Source: a virus
Taxonomy: Duplodnaviria; Caudoviricetes
Strand: one strand, 5' to 3'
Length of the DNA: 54,779 nucleotides
IMG/VR virus record: IMGVR_UViG_3300020084_000018
Span: 1-54,779 of that record
Shown: positions 30,263 to 38,897 of the stretch, piece after piece
Layout: every line of letters starts with the position of its first letter
How positions within the stretch are numbered: the stretch's first letter is position 1
Made by a program: the position numbers and the translations under genes
The notes under the pieces: model-generated
What the model saw: only the letters and a program-made list of their open reading frames with translations
What the model was told of the DNA's origin: nothing
Database searches by the model: none

Positions 30263-30439
30263 CTATACTCTTACAGCAATCTCTACGGGGTTCATAACTA
30301 CATAAGCATCAAAAGCGGCTTGCGATGTAAATGGGGTGATAACTGCGGAGTTTCCTGGAGGGCCGGGTTCACCGCGAACAACAGGTGGAGAAACAAAAGG
30401 AGTGGTATTACTACCAGCACCGATAAAGATAATGTTCAT
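30263..30439 (-). CDS. Small protein with a short collagen-like stub (58 aa)
   Basis: Manual translation MNIIF...RGEPGPPG...TSQAAFDA...V-stop; overlaps the upstream ORF by ATGA. Confidence 0.65.
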   Translation of the reverse strand: MNIIFIGAGSNTTPFVSPPVVRGEPGPPGNSAVITPFTSQAAFDAYVVMNPVEIAVRV

Positions 30440-30759
30440 GTGTTAACCTCATTAGCTGTTTCTGTGACAGGCGGAACGAGATTGAATGTGATGTAGCTAT
30501 CAGCGGGAATGAAAAGCGTCATTCCATTTTTTACGATGCGAATATCACACTTATACTGACCTTTCTGCCAACCAGTAGTATTAGCTGTTAGCAAAATACT
30601 GCGGTTAAGCACGTCAATTGTAGGAGTTAGTTGATATTCTTGACCACCAGTAATTTCTGCTTCTGCCATAAAGCTAGTATGTGGATAAATAGCATCAAAT
30701 TCTTCCTGATCCATTTGTAGCAGGATTTGAACTGTTGCTCCAATTTTGTAGGTGGCCAT
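30436..30759 (-). CDS. Ig-like fibre anchoring protein (BppU N-terminal-like)
   Basis: T.GW..G.Y.CDIR pattern; SD GAGG. Confidence 0.5.
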   Translation of the reverse strand: MATYKIGATVQILLQMDQEEFDAIYPHTSFMAEAEITGGQEYQLTPTIDVLNRSILLTANTTGWQKGQYKCDIRIVKNGMTLFIPADSYITFNLVPPVTETANEVNT

Positions 30760-30771
30760 TTAACTTCCTCT

Positions 30772-30954
30772 TTATTCAGTCTCTGCTTGATCTAATGCAG
30801 CCTCTGGGAATACTCTTACTGCTTCACCGCAATAAAAGGAAGCTACGATACCTCCATCCTCTTTATATAGAACAGTTCCAGAACCATTAGTGGTAAAGTA
30901 ATCAGCTTCAAGAGTTAGGCGTTCACCGTTATTCGTATATACTTTATAGATCAT
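30772..30954 (-). CDS. Small hypothetical protein
   Basis: SD AAGGA; in-operon spacing. Confidence 0.6.
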   Translation of the reverse strand: MIYKVYTNNGERLTLEADYFTTNGSGTVLYKEDGGIVASFYCGEAVRVFPEAALDQAETE

Positions 30955-30963
30955 CTTAATTCC

Positions 30964-31569
30964 TTAGAATGTGAACAGTGAACAACAAAAACCTGTTTCA
31001 CTTGCGTTCCGACTTGCTCGAAAAACATTATTAGCTTCTCTTATCAGTTGACCGTATACAGCAGGTCCGTTGAAAGGTTGTGAATAGAACCAAATTAGGG
31101 GAACAACTCTTGCTCCTACAGGGATAGTAATAGTATCTCCGCTCATCATCCTACGAACATTTGTAGCCGCTACAAGCAAGCCATTACTGTTGAAAGTAAC
31201 CTGTCCAAGAGAGTTACGAATTTCTAACCCGTATCCACCGCTAGGATATGGTATGTCATTCCCTAGGGCAATGTATCCAAAAGGAACAGTTCCTACGTTA
31301 CTGTTGTAGTTAAACCTAAATCGTTCTGGCGCTGTAGTTGAAAAGGCATCGTAGTTGTCTGTTCTACCTTCTGCGATAAACTGGTTAACTGAACCTGTCA
31401 TAGTGAAGAAAGGCAACTTATAACCAACTATAGGAGGTTCATAGTAAATAACACTATTGTGCGAGGATGAGTTAACATTACTAACCGTACTATCTAGTAG
31501 GAAAGGAACTACATTCTGACCGAGGATAGTTGTTCCCCTGCCATTTGCGATAGATACTCCGTAAGCCAC
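30964..31569 (-). CDS. Tail-tip accessory protein
   Basis: Two YG(V/L).I.N..G repeats typical of J-associated tail tip proteins. Confidence 0.55.
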   Translation of the reverse strand: MAYGVSIANGRGTTILGQNVVPFLLDSTVSNVNSSSHNSVIYYEPPIVGYKLPFFTMTGSVNQFIAEGRTDNYDAFSTTAPERFRFNYNSNVGTVPFGYIALGNDIPYPSGGYGLEIRNSLGQVTFNSNGLLVAATNVRRMMSGDTITIPVGARVVPLIWFYSQPFNGPAVYGQLIREANNVFRASRNASETGFCCSLFTF

Positions 31570-31581
31570 AATAAATCCCTG

Positions 31582-31971
31582 TTATAGTTGGATACCAAAT
31601 AGCATGATATTTGTATAAGAATTAACATCACTAGAAAGGCCACCATTAGTTCGAGCATTTATTTGTATTCTAATGCTTGCTGGAATACTACTTGCGTTTG
31701 CAAAATAATAGTGGTCGTCGCGGATACGAATACTAAGGTCATAAATCCTTCCCGGACTCTCTGGAACTCTAACTCCTCTTGCACAAAGTAGGATTGGTCC
31801 TGATCCTAAGTCAGATCGAAACTCAGCCGGTATATTAAAGTCTACTTCTCTTTGATATTGAGAACCTCTGGGCAGGTCGAAGGTTCCAGTTCCTAGTTGC
31901 CGGAGTGCTAATGTTTGGGTTAAATCGACTAGGCCATTAGTTGTTCTTACTTGAAAGCCATATGGCATCAT
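31582..31971 (-). CDS. Tail-tip accessory protein, first gene of the late arm
   Basis: PYGFQV...G N-terminus; SD GGAG. Confidence 0.5.
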   Translation of the reverse strand: MMPYGFQVRTTNGLVDLTQTLALRQLGTGTFDLPRGSQYQREVDFNIPAEFRSDLGSGPILLCARGVRVPESPGRIYDLSIRIRDDHYYFANASSIPASIRIQINARTNGGLSSDVNSYTNIMLFGIQL

Positions 31972-32082
31972 CTAACTCCACTAGAAAATTTGTTTAATAG
32001 GTTGAGACAGAGTGAAGGCAAATAGACAACGTAAACATCTGAAAAGGGTGAGTGTTATTGCTCTTTTCCGTCTCTGTGTGTA

Positions 32083-32111
32083 TATTTAGTAGCACATTTA
32101 TGATTTGTCAA
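32083..32111 (-). promoter_or_regulatory. Sigma70-type promoter facing the late operon
   Basis: TTGACA-17bp-TAAATA on the minus strand. Confidence 0.6.
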
Positions 32112-32493
32112 GGGGTATGAGTGAAAAAAGATGATATTTTTTATAAAATAGTGCCAGATTCAGCTAAAATCACACCATTTTTCTGCACCGCGTTCAGCCT
32201 GCGGCATGAACTTACAGTTCTTACGAACAGCAGATTTAGCGTAGCTAAACTACAGTTCAGTTTCACTGAACATCTACAATAATTTAGTGTTCTACAAATA
32301 GAAGGATTGTTGAACATAACGATAGTCAGTTCCGCTCGAAGCCCGGAAGGGCGAGCGTATTACGCTATCGCTCTAACCTACAACAAGTCTATTATCATAT
32401 TTTTGTAGATCAATGAATGACTGTAGTCAGTCCCGCGAACCTGCGTTCTCCTATAACTATAGTTCCAATACTATAGCGTAGAACTGATATATG

Positions 32494-32598
32494 ATTATTA
32501 ATAACTATAATATGTAATAAATCATCTATAGTATCATTACTATAGTAATATAGTAGCACATGTATGGTTTGTCAAGGGGGTCGATGAAAATAAAGTTG
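32494..32598 (-). repeat. Dispersed promoter/hairpin element, copy A
   Basis: Shares a 29-bp identical core and identically spaced TTGTCAAGGGG and AAAATAAAGTTG with 41964-42072; contains TTGACA-17-TATATT. Confidence 0.85.
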
Positions 32599-32707
32599 AG
32601 TGTGTGTCTTCGGTGTGACGCTTTTGCACCAGTTCAGCCCCTTGAACATTCGCTGAGTAGCACATATATAGGTAGCTACCGCCTGACGGTATGACAAGGA
32701 GTGTTGC

Positions 32708-33193
32708 ATGGATATCACACAAGAGTTTCTACTAGAGCATTTTGACTATCGTAATGGAGAGTTTTACTGGAAGAAACCTTTATCTGCAAGAGTTAAGGTT
32801 GGTGACAGGGCCGGAACTAACGATAAATTTGGTTATAGACAGATTGGTATTAAAGGTAAGATTTATCGAGAACACAGGTTAGTCTGGTTATACCATTGTG
32901 GTAAATGGCCTGAAAAGTTTATAGATCATATAAATGGTATTAAGTGGGACAATAGAATTGAGAACCTTAGAGAAGCTGGTTATCACGAAAACAACAGAAA
33001 TAGACCAGCGCAAAAAGATCAAAGATTTAAGGGAGTCATTAAAACTCCGACAGGTAAGTATGCTGTTAGTATTCGTGTTGAGGGTAAACAAAAGTATATC
33101 GGAGCCTTCCTAGACGAGATTACTGCCGCAGAGGCTTACGATAAAGCTGCTAGAGAATATTTTGGCGAGTTTGCTTATACCAACTTCGTGTAA
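32708..33193 (+). CDS. HNH-AP2 homing endonuclease
   Basis: EHRLVW, IDHINGIKWDNRIENLR; AP2-like FKGV...YIG.F...AA.AYD. Confidence 0.9.
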   Translation: MDITQEFLLEHFDYRNGEFYWKKPLSARVKVGDRAGTNDKFGYRQIGIKGKIYREHRLVWLYHCGKWPEKFIDHINGIKWDNRIENLREAGYHENNRNRPAQKDQRFKGVIKTPTGKYAVSIRVEGKQKYIGAFLDEITAAEAYDKAAREYFGEFAYTNFV

Positions 33194-33199
33194 TACTAG

Positions 33200-33238
33200 T
33201 CCCCTTGGTCATAGCGGCCTTGGGGATTTTTTATTTTT
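33200..33238 (+). terminator. Intrinsic terminator
   Basis: TCCCC...GGGGA stem followed by a long T tract. Confidence 0.65.
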
Positions 33239-33722
33239 CTATTTTTCAGGTGATGGAACTCTTGAATTGCCACAGGAGGGGTGCTTTCTTTTATTTTTTA
33301 TTTTGTAGATCGGTAGGTTTACCCAACCCCCCGGCAAACGAATCAGAATATCTAGGGGGGACCCTAACAATTTCCTAGTTGTCAAGTGATTCTTCCTGGA
33401 CTAACGAAGAAAAACTGTTGTCAAGGGGATGAGAATAACTGTTGCATAAATAACACATGAGATAGGGGAAATGACAGTGGGAAAGAAATAACTTGCGTTC
33501 TGATAGCGAGGGGATAGCACTTTTGCCGAATCACTCACGGAATTAAACATGCGTTCATTTAATCAACTATGTGCACAAATACACAACTAACGCATTAGAA
33601 CTGTTGATAAACGCACATAGCTCTAGGAACGCGTAAGAGCCTGCTACAGCGCATGTAAGACAATGGGCAATCCCACCACCTACAACGACCTAACAGGCTC
33701 TTAAACGGGCTTTCACAGGCTC

Positions 33723-33929
33723 TTAACGATACGCTACATGCGATGTATCAATCCACGGAACGACTGCCTCTTTCCATTTGGGGTGATACAGGGAGAAAAT
33801 AAAACAATCCGTCTTATAATCATACTCAACCCAATAATAGGTTAGGCCAGCCCGCTTTACTGACTCAACTGCCTCTAGAAAACTATCTAGCCTGACAGCA
33901 GATAGGCTAATACGTTGTATGGTTCCCAT
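33723..33929 (-). CDS. Early hypothetical protein
   Basis: SD GAGGAG before ATG. Confidence 0.65.
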   Translation of the reverse strand: MGTIQRISLSAVRLDSFLEAVESVKRAGLTYYWVEYDYKTDCFIFSLYHPKWKEAVVPWIDTSHVAYR

Positions 33930-34059
33930 ATCAAGACTCCTCTTTATTGATGGGAAAGAGAATTGAGGGAAATAGATTCACCTATTAATAGGTAAACCCA
34001 CACAATAACACCTAACAGGGCAGCAAAGGCTAAGCACTCGATTAATTCTCGATTGTCCA

Positions 34060-34338
34060 TTATAGACACCTCTTTTTTAGAGAATGGGAAACGATTCCTT
34101 GTGTTTCATATCCCATCCCACGAATTAAAACAATTGCTTCTGCCATTAAATCCCAATGGCTACCAGTCACAGACACAGATAGGCAGAAATCCTTTCTATA
34201 AAACCTGCCTATTGCGCCACATTCCCTAACGCTGACTCTGAACCAACGTTGTTCCTTGTCCACTAGTCTTTCCTTTCTATAGAAAGATAAACAGGATAAT
34301 AAGCGCCCATACCGGCACGGAAAGAACAACCATTGCAA
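34060..34338 (-). CDS. Early hypothetical protein (true start probably GTG ~34263)
   Basis: SD AAGGA before the internal GTG; same strand as neighbours. Confidence 0.45.
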   Translation of the reverse strand: MQWLFFPCRYGRLLSCLSFYRKERLVDKEQRWFRVSVRECGAIGRFYRKDFCLSVSVTGSHWDLMAEAIVLIRGMGYETQGIVSHSLKKRCL

Positions 34339-34485
34339 CGACTCCCATTACCGAACCTTTCTAGTTGTGGGTTACATCAGCAGGAATGAATGTCACGACT
34401 GGAACCAAGTTCAATCTGGTTTCCTCATGACTCCCGCCCTGACAAGCCGACAAAAGAATTGCGGCAATCAACAGAAAATATCGCA

Positions 34486-34800
34486 TTATTCCACCTCCCG
34501 AATTTCAATGACTCGTTCCACAGAAAACCTTTTCCAGCCTTCCGCAGTATAGATTGCAACTGACGTTGCACGATTAGCGCCAACGTCTAGCGTTCCCTCA
34601 TATTGGGCAATATCGCCATTCTGTTTAAAGAAGCGAACAACGATAGCCTGCCCTTCTTTAACAGAGTCCAAAAACTCTTGAACATCAAAACCAGACATTT
34701 GCAGATGAGTCACAACCTTATCCCTTTTCATATTTGAAAGTTTGACGGATGATTCCGCCGCACTCACGTTGAACCTTTTCTGCCATTGCGAGAGTCGCAA
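34486..34800 (-). CDS. SH3/WYL-like (DUF2693-like) early protein
   Basis: F.KQNG....EGTL...EGWKRF pattern. Confidence 0.5.
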   Translation of the reverse strand: MRLSQWQKRFNVSAAESSVKLSNMKRDKVVTHLQMSGFDVQEFLDSVKEGQAIVVRFFKQNGDIAQYEGTLDVGANRATSVAIYTAEGWKRFSVERVIEIREVE

Positions 34801-35071
34801 AGGTTAGTTTTTCGTTGTAGGGGTCTGGTTTGTCCATTGCAGACAATTCAAACGCGGGAACGGTTTTGAGAAACATTATAGCCATATCCTTTCATTATCT
34901 TGAGTCTTGAGCTTATCCTTCACAGACTCGGTTTGATGGGGAGTTACCATATAACCGAAATATATAGTAACGGTTGCAGCTATTATATCCGCCAGCATTT
35001 CCTCTCTCTTATTGAAGGTTTTACTAGGGCAAAACATTATCTGCCCTAGTTACTGTTGCATCAGTTGACTC

Positions 35072-35488
35072 TTACGAGTCGTCTTGTTCATCCGAAGTAT
35101 CAGAAAAGGTGGGTTCCGCGTCAGGGCCGTTCAACATCTGGAAAATTTGTTTCCAAACCATTTGCGAACCTTCTTTGTCCATTTTCTTGACTTTCCGCGA
35201 CGGGAAGAAGTCAGGCTGGATCAGGTTGTAATTCACGCGAATGGCGCGGGCAGCTTCATCATCGTTAACATCCCAATTCGCGCCCTTAGCCTCAACGGGC
35301 TTGCCATACATCTCGGCAACGGTCGTAAGGCAGGCTTGCCACGCGGCTTGGCGAACACTTTCATTCACTTGTGCGATAATGTCTCGCACGGGCCGTGCAA
35401 CGGCGTCAGACGTGATAGAACGCTTGTCAGCGTCGGCAGTTTTCAGTTGGAGGGCGGAAAAGTCAATTTTGACAGCGGCTTTAGCCAT
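35072..35488 (-). CDS. Early hypothetical protein with GC-rich codon usage
   Basis: SD AAGGA, 138 aa, acidic tail. Confidence 0.75.
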   Translation of the reverse strand: MAKAAVKIDFSALQLKTADADKRSITSDAVARPVRDIIAQVNESVRQAAWQACLTTVAEMYGKPVEAKGANWDVNDDEAARAIRVNYNLIQPDFFPSRKVKKMDKEGSQMVWKQIFQMLNGPDAEPTFSDTSDEQDDS

Positions 35489-35533
35489 GATTTAGTTCCT
35501 TCTAGGATTGCCCATGTTGGGCGGGTTATGTGC

Positions 35534-35582
35534 GGATTGCACAACGCTAGGCAATAGAGATATTGCCTAGAATAACGCAATC
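35534..35582 (-). repeat. Intergenic hairpin element, copy 1
   Basis: 18-bp GGATTGCACAACGCTAGG shared with 35773-35790; CTAGGCAATA/TATTGCCTAG stem. Confidence 0.8.
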
Positions 35583-35772
35583 TTATTTATGATTTTGATT
35601 TGGAGTTTCTTCTATGGTTAGGTTCCACCAGCGGCCGCCGTCGCGCTTGTGCTGTTCTATGAATATTTCACATTCAGCAAAGGTTCCTTTGAAAAGACGG
35701 TAACGGGGATAAACGGTTGTCATAACATCGTAAGTCATACCGCTTTAGTTCCTCTTATAGCTTTCTAGTACA

Positions 35773-35821
35773 GGATTGCACAACGCTAGGGACTATTTCT
35801 AATCCCTAGAATAGTTCAATC
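35773..35821 (-). repeat. Intergenic hairpin element, copy 2
   Basis: Same 18-mer; CTAGGGA/TCCCTAG stem. Confidence 0.8.
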
Positions 35822-35969
35822 ATTCCAAGATTTGAAACTGCCGAATAAAACGCAATGTTTTGCGTCCTATGTAGGGCAATCTCAACAGTTCCGAGTCTGT
35901 CATGTAAACGGCTTTTAATATTGTTAAGCCGCTTGCATGTATTCTTTTTATCGCAGAGTCTTTTGACAT
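35820..35969 (-). CDS. RNA polymerase alpha-CTD-like small protein
   Basis: TDSELLRLPYIGRKTLRFI matches the alpha-CTD pattern T..ELL..P..G.K.L..I. Confidence 0.55.
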   Translation of the reverse strand: MSKDSAIKRIHASGLTILKAVYMTDSELLRLPYIGRKTLRFIRQFQILE

Positions 35970-36239
35970 TTTATGAGCCTTTGTTTGTAAGTTACTAGCG
36001 TTAGCCTTAGTCAAAAGGAAACGTTACCGGACACAATGCCGGAATAGTCTAACGCTAGTAACAACTCACGTTCTCTAGCTTCTATCCTTTGCCTTTGTGC
36101 GATCATCGGGCGGACCCTACGCGATGCCACTAGGGCACAAGGCGGACTATTCACAATGTCAAAAAGCAAGAGGCGGGAGCCTCGTTCAGCGCGGGGGCAG
36201 GCCGTTGGGCCGTTCCTTCTTTCCGCTTCCGATGACTAA

Positions 36240-36300
36240 GTAATGCCTGAAAGCGAAAAAGGTTGCAACAGCTAATTTCAAAAAATAAAAGCAAGAAAAA
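36240..36300 (-). promoter_or_regulatory. Possible early promoter with A/T-tract UP element
   Basis: TTGCAA at 36263-36268 with an upstream T-tract on the minus strand; weak -10. Confidence 0.35.
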
Positions 36301-36678
36301 ACAGGAACTTAGCGGCCGGTTGCACGTTGACAGGCTCGAATCGCCTAGCGTATGGCTACAGCTACAGGGCCGATTCCATGCGATTCTGGCGGCTTTGTGA
36401 CGCTGGTAGGTAGTCCATCCCGCCCGTAGCTAGGGCCGTTGTAGGGTTCACCTAGGGCGCTCGTAGGTGGCAAGAGAGAGGTAGAGAGGCCAGCAAGCCG
36501 CGCAAGCTCGAACTAGGGAGTCGTCCCTGTGAAGCTCGAACTAGCCTCCGTAAGCCGGAAGGAACGAAAACCAGGAAACTACACAAGAAGAGTCGTGATT
36601 TAGATTCGCCAATGTGAAAAGGAATCGGGGGCGCGCGTGAGATAAACAAAAGAAGAAGTCAAGACCAAATAAGACGTG

Positions 36679-36694
36679 TTAAACAAAGTTTAAC
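36679..36694 (+). promoter_or_regulatory. Consensus CtrA-binding box
   Basis: TTAA-ACAAAGT-TTAAC, followed by two more phased TTAA half-sites. Confidence 0.55.
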
Positions 36695-36895
36695 TACAGT
36701 TAAGCAAGCTTAACGCGAATCAGCTACTTTGTTAGCTTCACAGTTCCAGACGAGAGTCTAGGGGCTTTTTTGCTTTCGTAACAATAAGTGAGCGAATCAG
36801 AGTCATAATTCCTGGCCTAAGTAAATAGGGAAAATATGGGAATAATCGAATCGTTGCAAATATGTCTCACTCATAAATCCAGGCAGGAGTCAAGA

Positions 36896-37037
36896 AAAAT
36901 AAATCACGATAAAGTCAGTCGATTTACTATTGATAAGAAAATAATCACGACTTCATCAGTAGATATTTCGCTGATTAAAAATTAATCACGACTTCCCCGG
37001 TCGTTATTTCGGTCATTTATTTACCCAAAAATCATGA
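36896..37037. repeat. Iteron-like direct repeats (AATCACGA core)
   Basis: Cores at 36902, 36943, 36984 and a degenerate one at 37030; inverted copy at 36591-36600. Confidence 0.75.
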
Positions 37038-37152
37038 TATACAAAAACACTACAAGAAAAGCAACAATAGGTGCTGGCATTTGTTTAACCCCCCTCGGCG
37101 GAAATTAAGGTTACGGTCCTCTGTGGGAATTAGGTAAGCCCCCACGAGGGAA

Positions 37153-37644
37153 TTAGAGACGATCAGAATTATATTTTTCATAGGCAATTTTGGCTTCATT
37201 TTCAGTATTAAAACGACCAATCTCAATTCTTTTGCCTTGAACTCTAGTTCTTGCTCTCCATTTACCAGAAGATTTGTGAAAACCAACTCCCGGATAAATA
37301 CTACTAAAGTTATTTCTATTAACATTAATAGAGTTTTTAAAGCTATTGCTTTCTTGTAAATTATCTAGCTTATCTTCTCCTTTAATTCTGTTTTTATGGT
37401 CTACTTGATTTGGCCAATAACCATGCTCGTAAAACCAAATAAACCTGTGCCTATAGGTTCTTACGCCCAAAATTTGACAAATTACATACCCTCTATCACC
37501 ATCTAATGAACCAACCTCGTCACCAACTTTTATACAACTTGAGGTTGGTTTAATCCAATGTAATTTACCTGTCAGTTTATCATAACTAACGTGTTCTTTT
37601 AGCTTTTCTTGAGTTAGTTCTTTAAGTTTCAATTTAACCCCCAA
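37153..37644 (-). CDS. HNH-AP2 homing endonuclease
   Basis: RHRFIW, VDHKNRIK...DNL; AP2-like YPGV.FHK..GKWRA. Confidence 0.85.
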   Translation of the reverse strand: MGVKLKLKELTQEKLKEHVSYDKLTGKLHWIKPTSSCIKVGDEVGSLDGDRGYVICQILGVRTYRHRFIWFYEHGYWPNQVDHKNRIKGEDKLDNLQESNSFKNSINVNRNNFSSIYPGVGFHKSSGKWRARTRVQGKRIEIGRFNTENEAKIAYEKYNSDRL

Positions 37645-37671
37645 ATTATCTACCCGTAACCTAAACCAGGT

Positions 37672-37705
37672 AAAGGCCGAGGGCGTAAAAACCTTCGGCC
37701 TTTTT
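37672..37705. terminator. Intrinsic terminator closing the peptidase operon
   Basis: AAAGGCCGAGGG/CCTTCGGCCTTT stem with A/T flanks. Confidence 0.8.
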
Positions 37706-37710
37706 CTATT

Positions 37711-38769
37711 TCAGAGTAGTTTGTTGTGAAAGTTCAGGATATCTCGGATCAGTCCATCTTTGTTGTAGCCATACTCAGACAGGATTTCGGCTATCTCATA
37801 AGGAAATTCCTCAATAACCTTTTCCATAGTCGTCAGCCTAGCACTAAGACGATCAAAGTTATCATCATCTGTTGCAGTATAGTCATACTCCTCATCAAAC
37901 CGAGAAACATAGGTAGAGCTATACGGTTGGTTAGACCAAACTCCACCTTTGTAGGATTTACCACGAACATTATAGTAGTCCTCAAACTCAATAACAGTTG
38001 GGTCACGATAAGGACGAATTTTAGTCCAGTCAGCTTTGACTAGTGCAAGACGAAGTTTCTCTGCGAACTCCATATCCTGATACTCTGTCTTAGTATGTTG
38101 GTTGTAGTATCCAACACTAATGTTAGTGCATTCAGAGATAATGTCACAGTATTCGTATGAGTCAGTATAGACACCACCTGAATCCGGTTCTAGTCCCAGA
38201 TTAAGAATAGATTCAAGATCGGCTGCAAAACTGTCAGAACAAGTCCTTTGGCCCATCTGGTGAGTGATAATACTATTCTTCCCATACCTATCAAAGCTGA
38301 TGGCTACATCTACACCAAAAATCCAGTCAGGGCGACTCTTGACAATCGCGGAAGAACCAATACCGCCAACTTCCTCACCAGTATGCACAACATAAATTCC
38401 AGGAACTTTGGCTCTAATCATTTCAAGAATAAGCCAAACACCAGTTGTGCAGTCTGCACCGAGACATTCGTTGTGATCTACAAAAGCAGACTTTGTGTGT
38501 GGGTCAAAGAATACTTTCTGCCTTCCGTCAGACCTGTGAACAGTATCATGATGAGCCATAAAAGAAATCATGCCTTTAGGGGCTTTAGTTCCTTTAGAGA
38601 CTTCCTGACGGGAACCATCTTCTGCAATCATGCAGATAAAGTTTCCGAACTCGTCAGGTTTACCCATCATAGGTTGAACAAAACGCTCGTTAAAGAGCTT
38701 TTGCCCAACAGAACCTTCCCTACGTTTGTAGGTCAACATATCGAGAAGTTTCTTTTGAGCTTTGTTCAT
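37711..38769 (-). CDS. Zn-dependent M20/M28-fold peptidase
   Basis: HHDTVH, LGADC, GEEVGGIG, FDR, YTDS and GYYNQHT motifs; SD AAGGA before ATG 38769. Confidence 0.85.
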   Translation of the reverse strand: MNKAQKKLLDMLTYKRREGSVGQKLFNERFVQPMMGKPDEFGNFICMIAEDGSRQEVSKGTKAPKGMISFMAHHDTVHRSDGRQKVFFDPHTKSAFVDHNECLGADCTTGVWLILEMIRAKVPGIYVVHTGEEVGGIGSSAIVKSRPDWIFGVDVAISFDRYGKNSIITHQMGQRTCSDSFAADLESILNLGLEPDSGGVYTDSYEYCDIISECTNISVGYYNQHTKTEYQDMEFAEKLRLALVKADWTKIRPYRDPTVIEFEDYYNVRGKSYKGGVWSNQPYSSTYVSRFDEEYDYTATDDDNFDRLSARLTTMEKVIEEFPYEIAEILSEYGYNKDGLIRDILNFHNKLL

Positions 38770-38897
38770 TGGTTTAGTTCCTTCATATGCGTATGACATT
38801 TAGCCAGACTCCCGCTTACAATTACCTCACTACCTTTAAGAACCATGAACTCGCCGGTCCTTAAACAGTAGTCTATTCTGTATTGCGGTTTTGTCAT
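38766..38897 (-). CDS. Small coupled ORF (43 aa)
   Basis: Manual translation MTKPQYRIDYC...ELNQ; ATGA overlaps with both neighbours. Confidence 0.6.
   Translation of the reverse strand: MTKPQYRIDYCLRTGEFMVLKGSEVIVSGSLAKCHTHMKELNQ

Noticed and set aside
32540-32722. Short ORFs in the control region (also 36452-36649 and 37050-37325)
   Set aside because: They overlap promoters, repeats or better-supported genes, and lack an SD or protein-like features.
35084-35557. 157-aa and 84-aa + strand ORFs
   Set aside because: They are antisense to the 138-aa gene with a good SD. GC-rich codons suppress stop codons on the opposite strand.
36896-37037. Possible mini CRISPR array
   Set aside because: The repeat core is only ~8-13 bp and degenerate, the period is 41 bp, the intervening sequences resemble each other, and there are no cas genes.
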